A stretch of DNA of 64,000 bases from Candidatus Buchananbacteria bacterium (GTDB taxonomy: Bacteria > Patescibacteriota > Patescibacteriia > 2-01-FULL-39-33): the NCBI GenBank assembly GCA_041666945.1, contig JBAYFY010000002.1:64701-128700 (forward strand), in the 5' to 3' direction. Below, piece after piece: positions 63,553 to 64,000 of this stretch. The position numbers were made by a program, and so were the translations under genes. Within the stretch, counting starts at the first letter, position 1. Each line of letters begins with the position of its first letter. The notes below the pieces were generated by a model. It was not told where the DNA came from and did no database searches. It worked only from the letters and a program-made list of their open reading frames with translations.

Positions 63553-64000
63553 ATGCTGAAAATATTAACTTTACCGCATCCCCTGCTAAGGAAAAAGGCC
63601 TTGCCGATTAAGAACCCCTTGGATAAGGAGCTGAAAAAACTCATCCCGCAAATGGTGGAAACCATGCTGGCCAAAGACGGCGTGGGCTTGGCCGCCCCTC
63701 AAGTGGGCCAAGGCATCCGACTGATAACCGTCCGCCACAAAGACGGGAATTTAGTCATGCTCAATCCCCTGATCATTAAGAAGTCGTTGATTAAAGAATG
63801 GGATGAAGAAGGTTGTTTGTCCGTACCCAATACCTACGGCGACGTCAAGCGTTGCAAGAAAATCACAGTCAAATTTATTGACAGCACCGGCAAATTGAGA
63901 AAGTTGACCGGTGAAGGCATGCTTGCTCGGGTTATCCAGCACGAAGTTGACCACCTGGACGGCGTTTTGTTTATTGATAAAGCCAAAAATTTAAGAAAAC
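63553..64000 (+). CDS. def: Peptide deformylase, 3'-truncated by the window edge
   Basis: GVGLAAPQVG, EGCLSVP and HEVDHLDG motifs. The ORF runs off the window end. Confidence 0.9.
   Translation, partial: MLKILTLPHPLLRKKALPIKNPLDKELKKLIPQMVETMLAKDGVGLAAPQVGQGIRLITVRHKDGNLVMLNPLIIKKSLIKEWDEEGCLSVPNTYGDVKRCKKITVKFIDSTGKLRKLTGEGMLARVIQHEVDHLDGVLFIDKAKNLRK

Overview
This 64 kb window looks like a small-genome, Patescibacteria/CPR-like bacterial chromosome; that assignment is inferred from gene content only. Genes are densely packed and mostly on the + strand.

Recognisable housekeeping and metabolic genes: uvrB (5' partial), dusB-like, corA, dnaX, a polyprenyl-phosphate sugar transferase, a UvrD/PcrA helicase, rmuC (interrupted by an in-frame TAA), MTA phosphorylase, apt, a group 3b-like [NiFe] hydrogenase cluster with hypC and a HypA-like gene, pgk, eno, two tandem gpmI paralogs, a MacAB-type ABC exporter, pheS/pheT, lysS, serS, an FtsQ-like gene, xerC/D, an M23 peptidase, gltX, tagA/wecG, a LigB-like gene, and def (3' partial).

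The non-housekeeping content is where the interest lies:
1. A complete diversity-generating retroelement at 16.98-19.63 kb: a target gene with a C-terminal variable region, a template repeat with an adenine-specific mismatch pattern, an Avd-like gene on the opposite strand, and a reverse transcriptase.
2. At least three families of short palindromic MITE-like repeats: a GTCATTCCCGC-N-GCGGGAATCC family, a TTGTCATYCCGACCGARGC terminal-inverted-repeat family, and a CTGCCGGCAGGCAGG family. They form tandem arrays in intergenic DNA and are inserted in-frame inside the helicase and pheT coding sequences.
3. One copy of the inverted-repeat family carries a GIY-YIG nuclease gene. It sits in an AT-rich Mrr-containing island that splits pheS from pheT and is flanked by a 33-bp duplication of the pheT 5' end.
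4. A 1.7 kb region with no long ORFs (40.47-42.24 kb) containing a perfect sigma70 promoter, an apparently non-coding and hairpin-rich ~690 nt transcript, and two overlapping paralogous zinc-ribbon mini-genes.
5. A GTAAYAAGTAA / TTACTTATTAC motif that recurs at gene boundaries.
6. An orphan membrane-anchored VirD4/TraG-like ATPase bracketed by arrays of that motif.

No rRNA, tRNA or CRISPR array was found.
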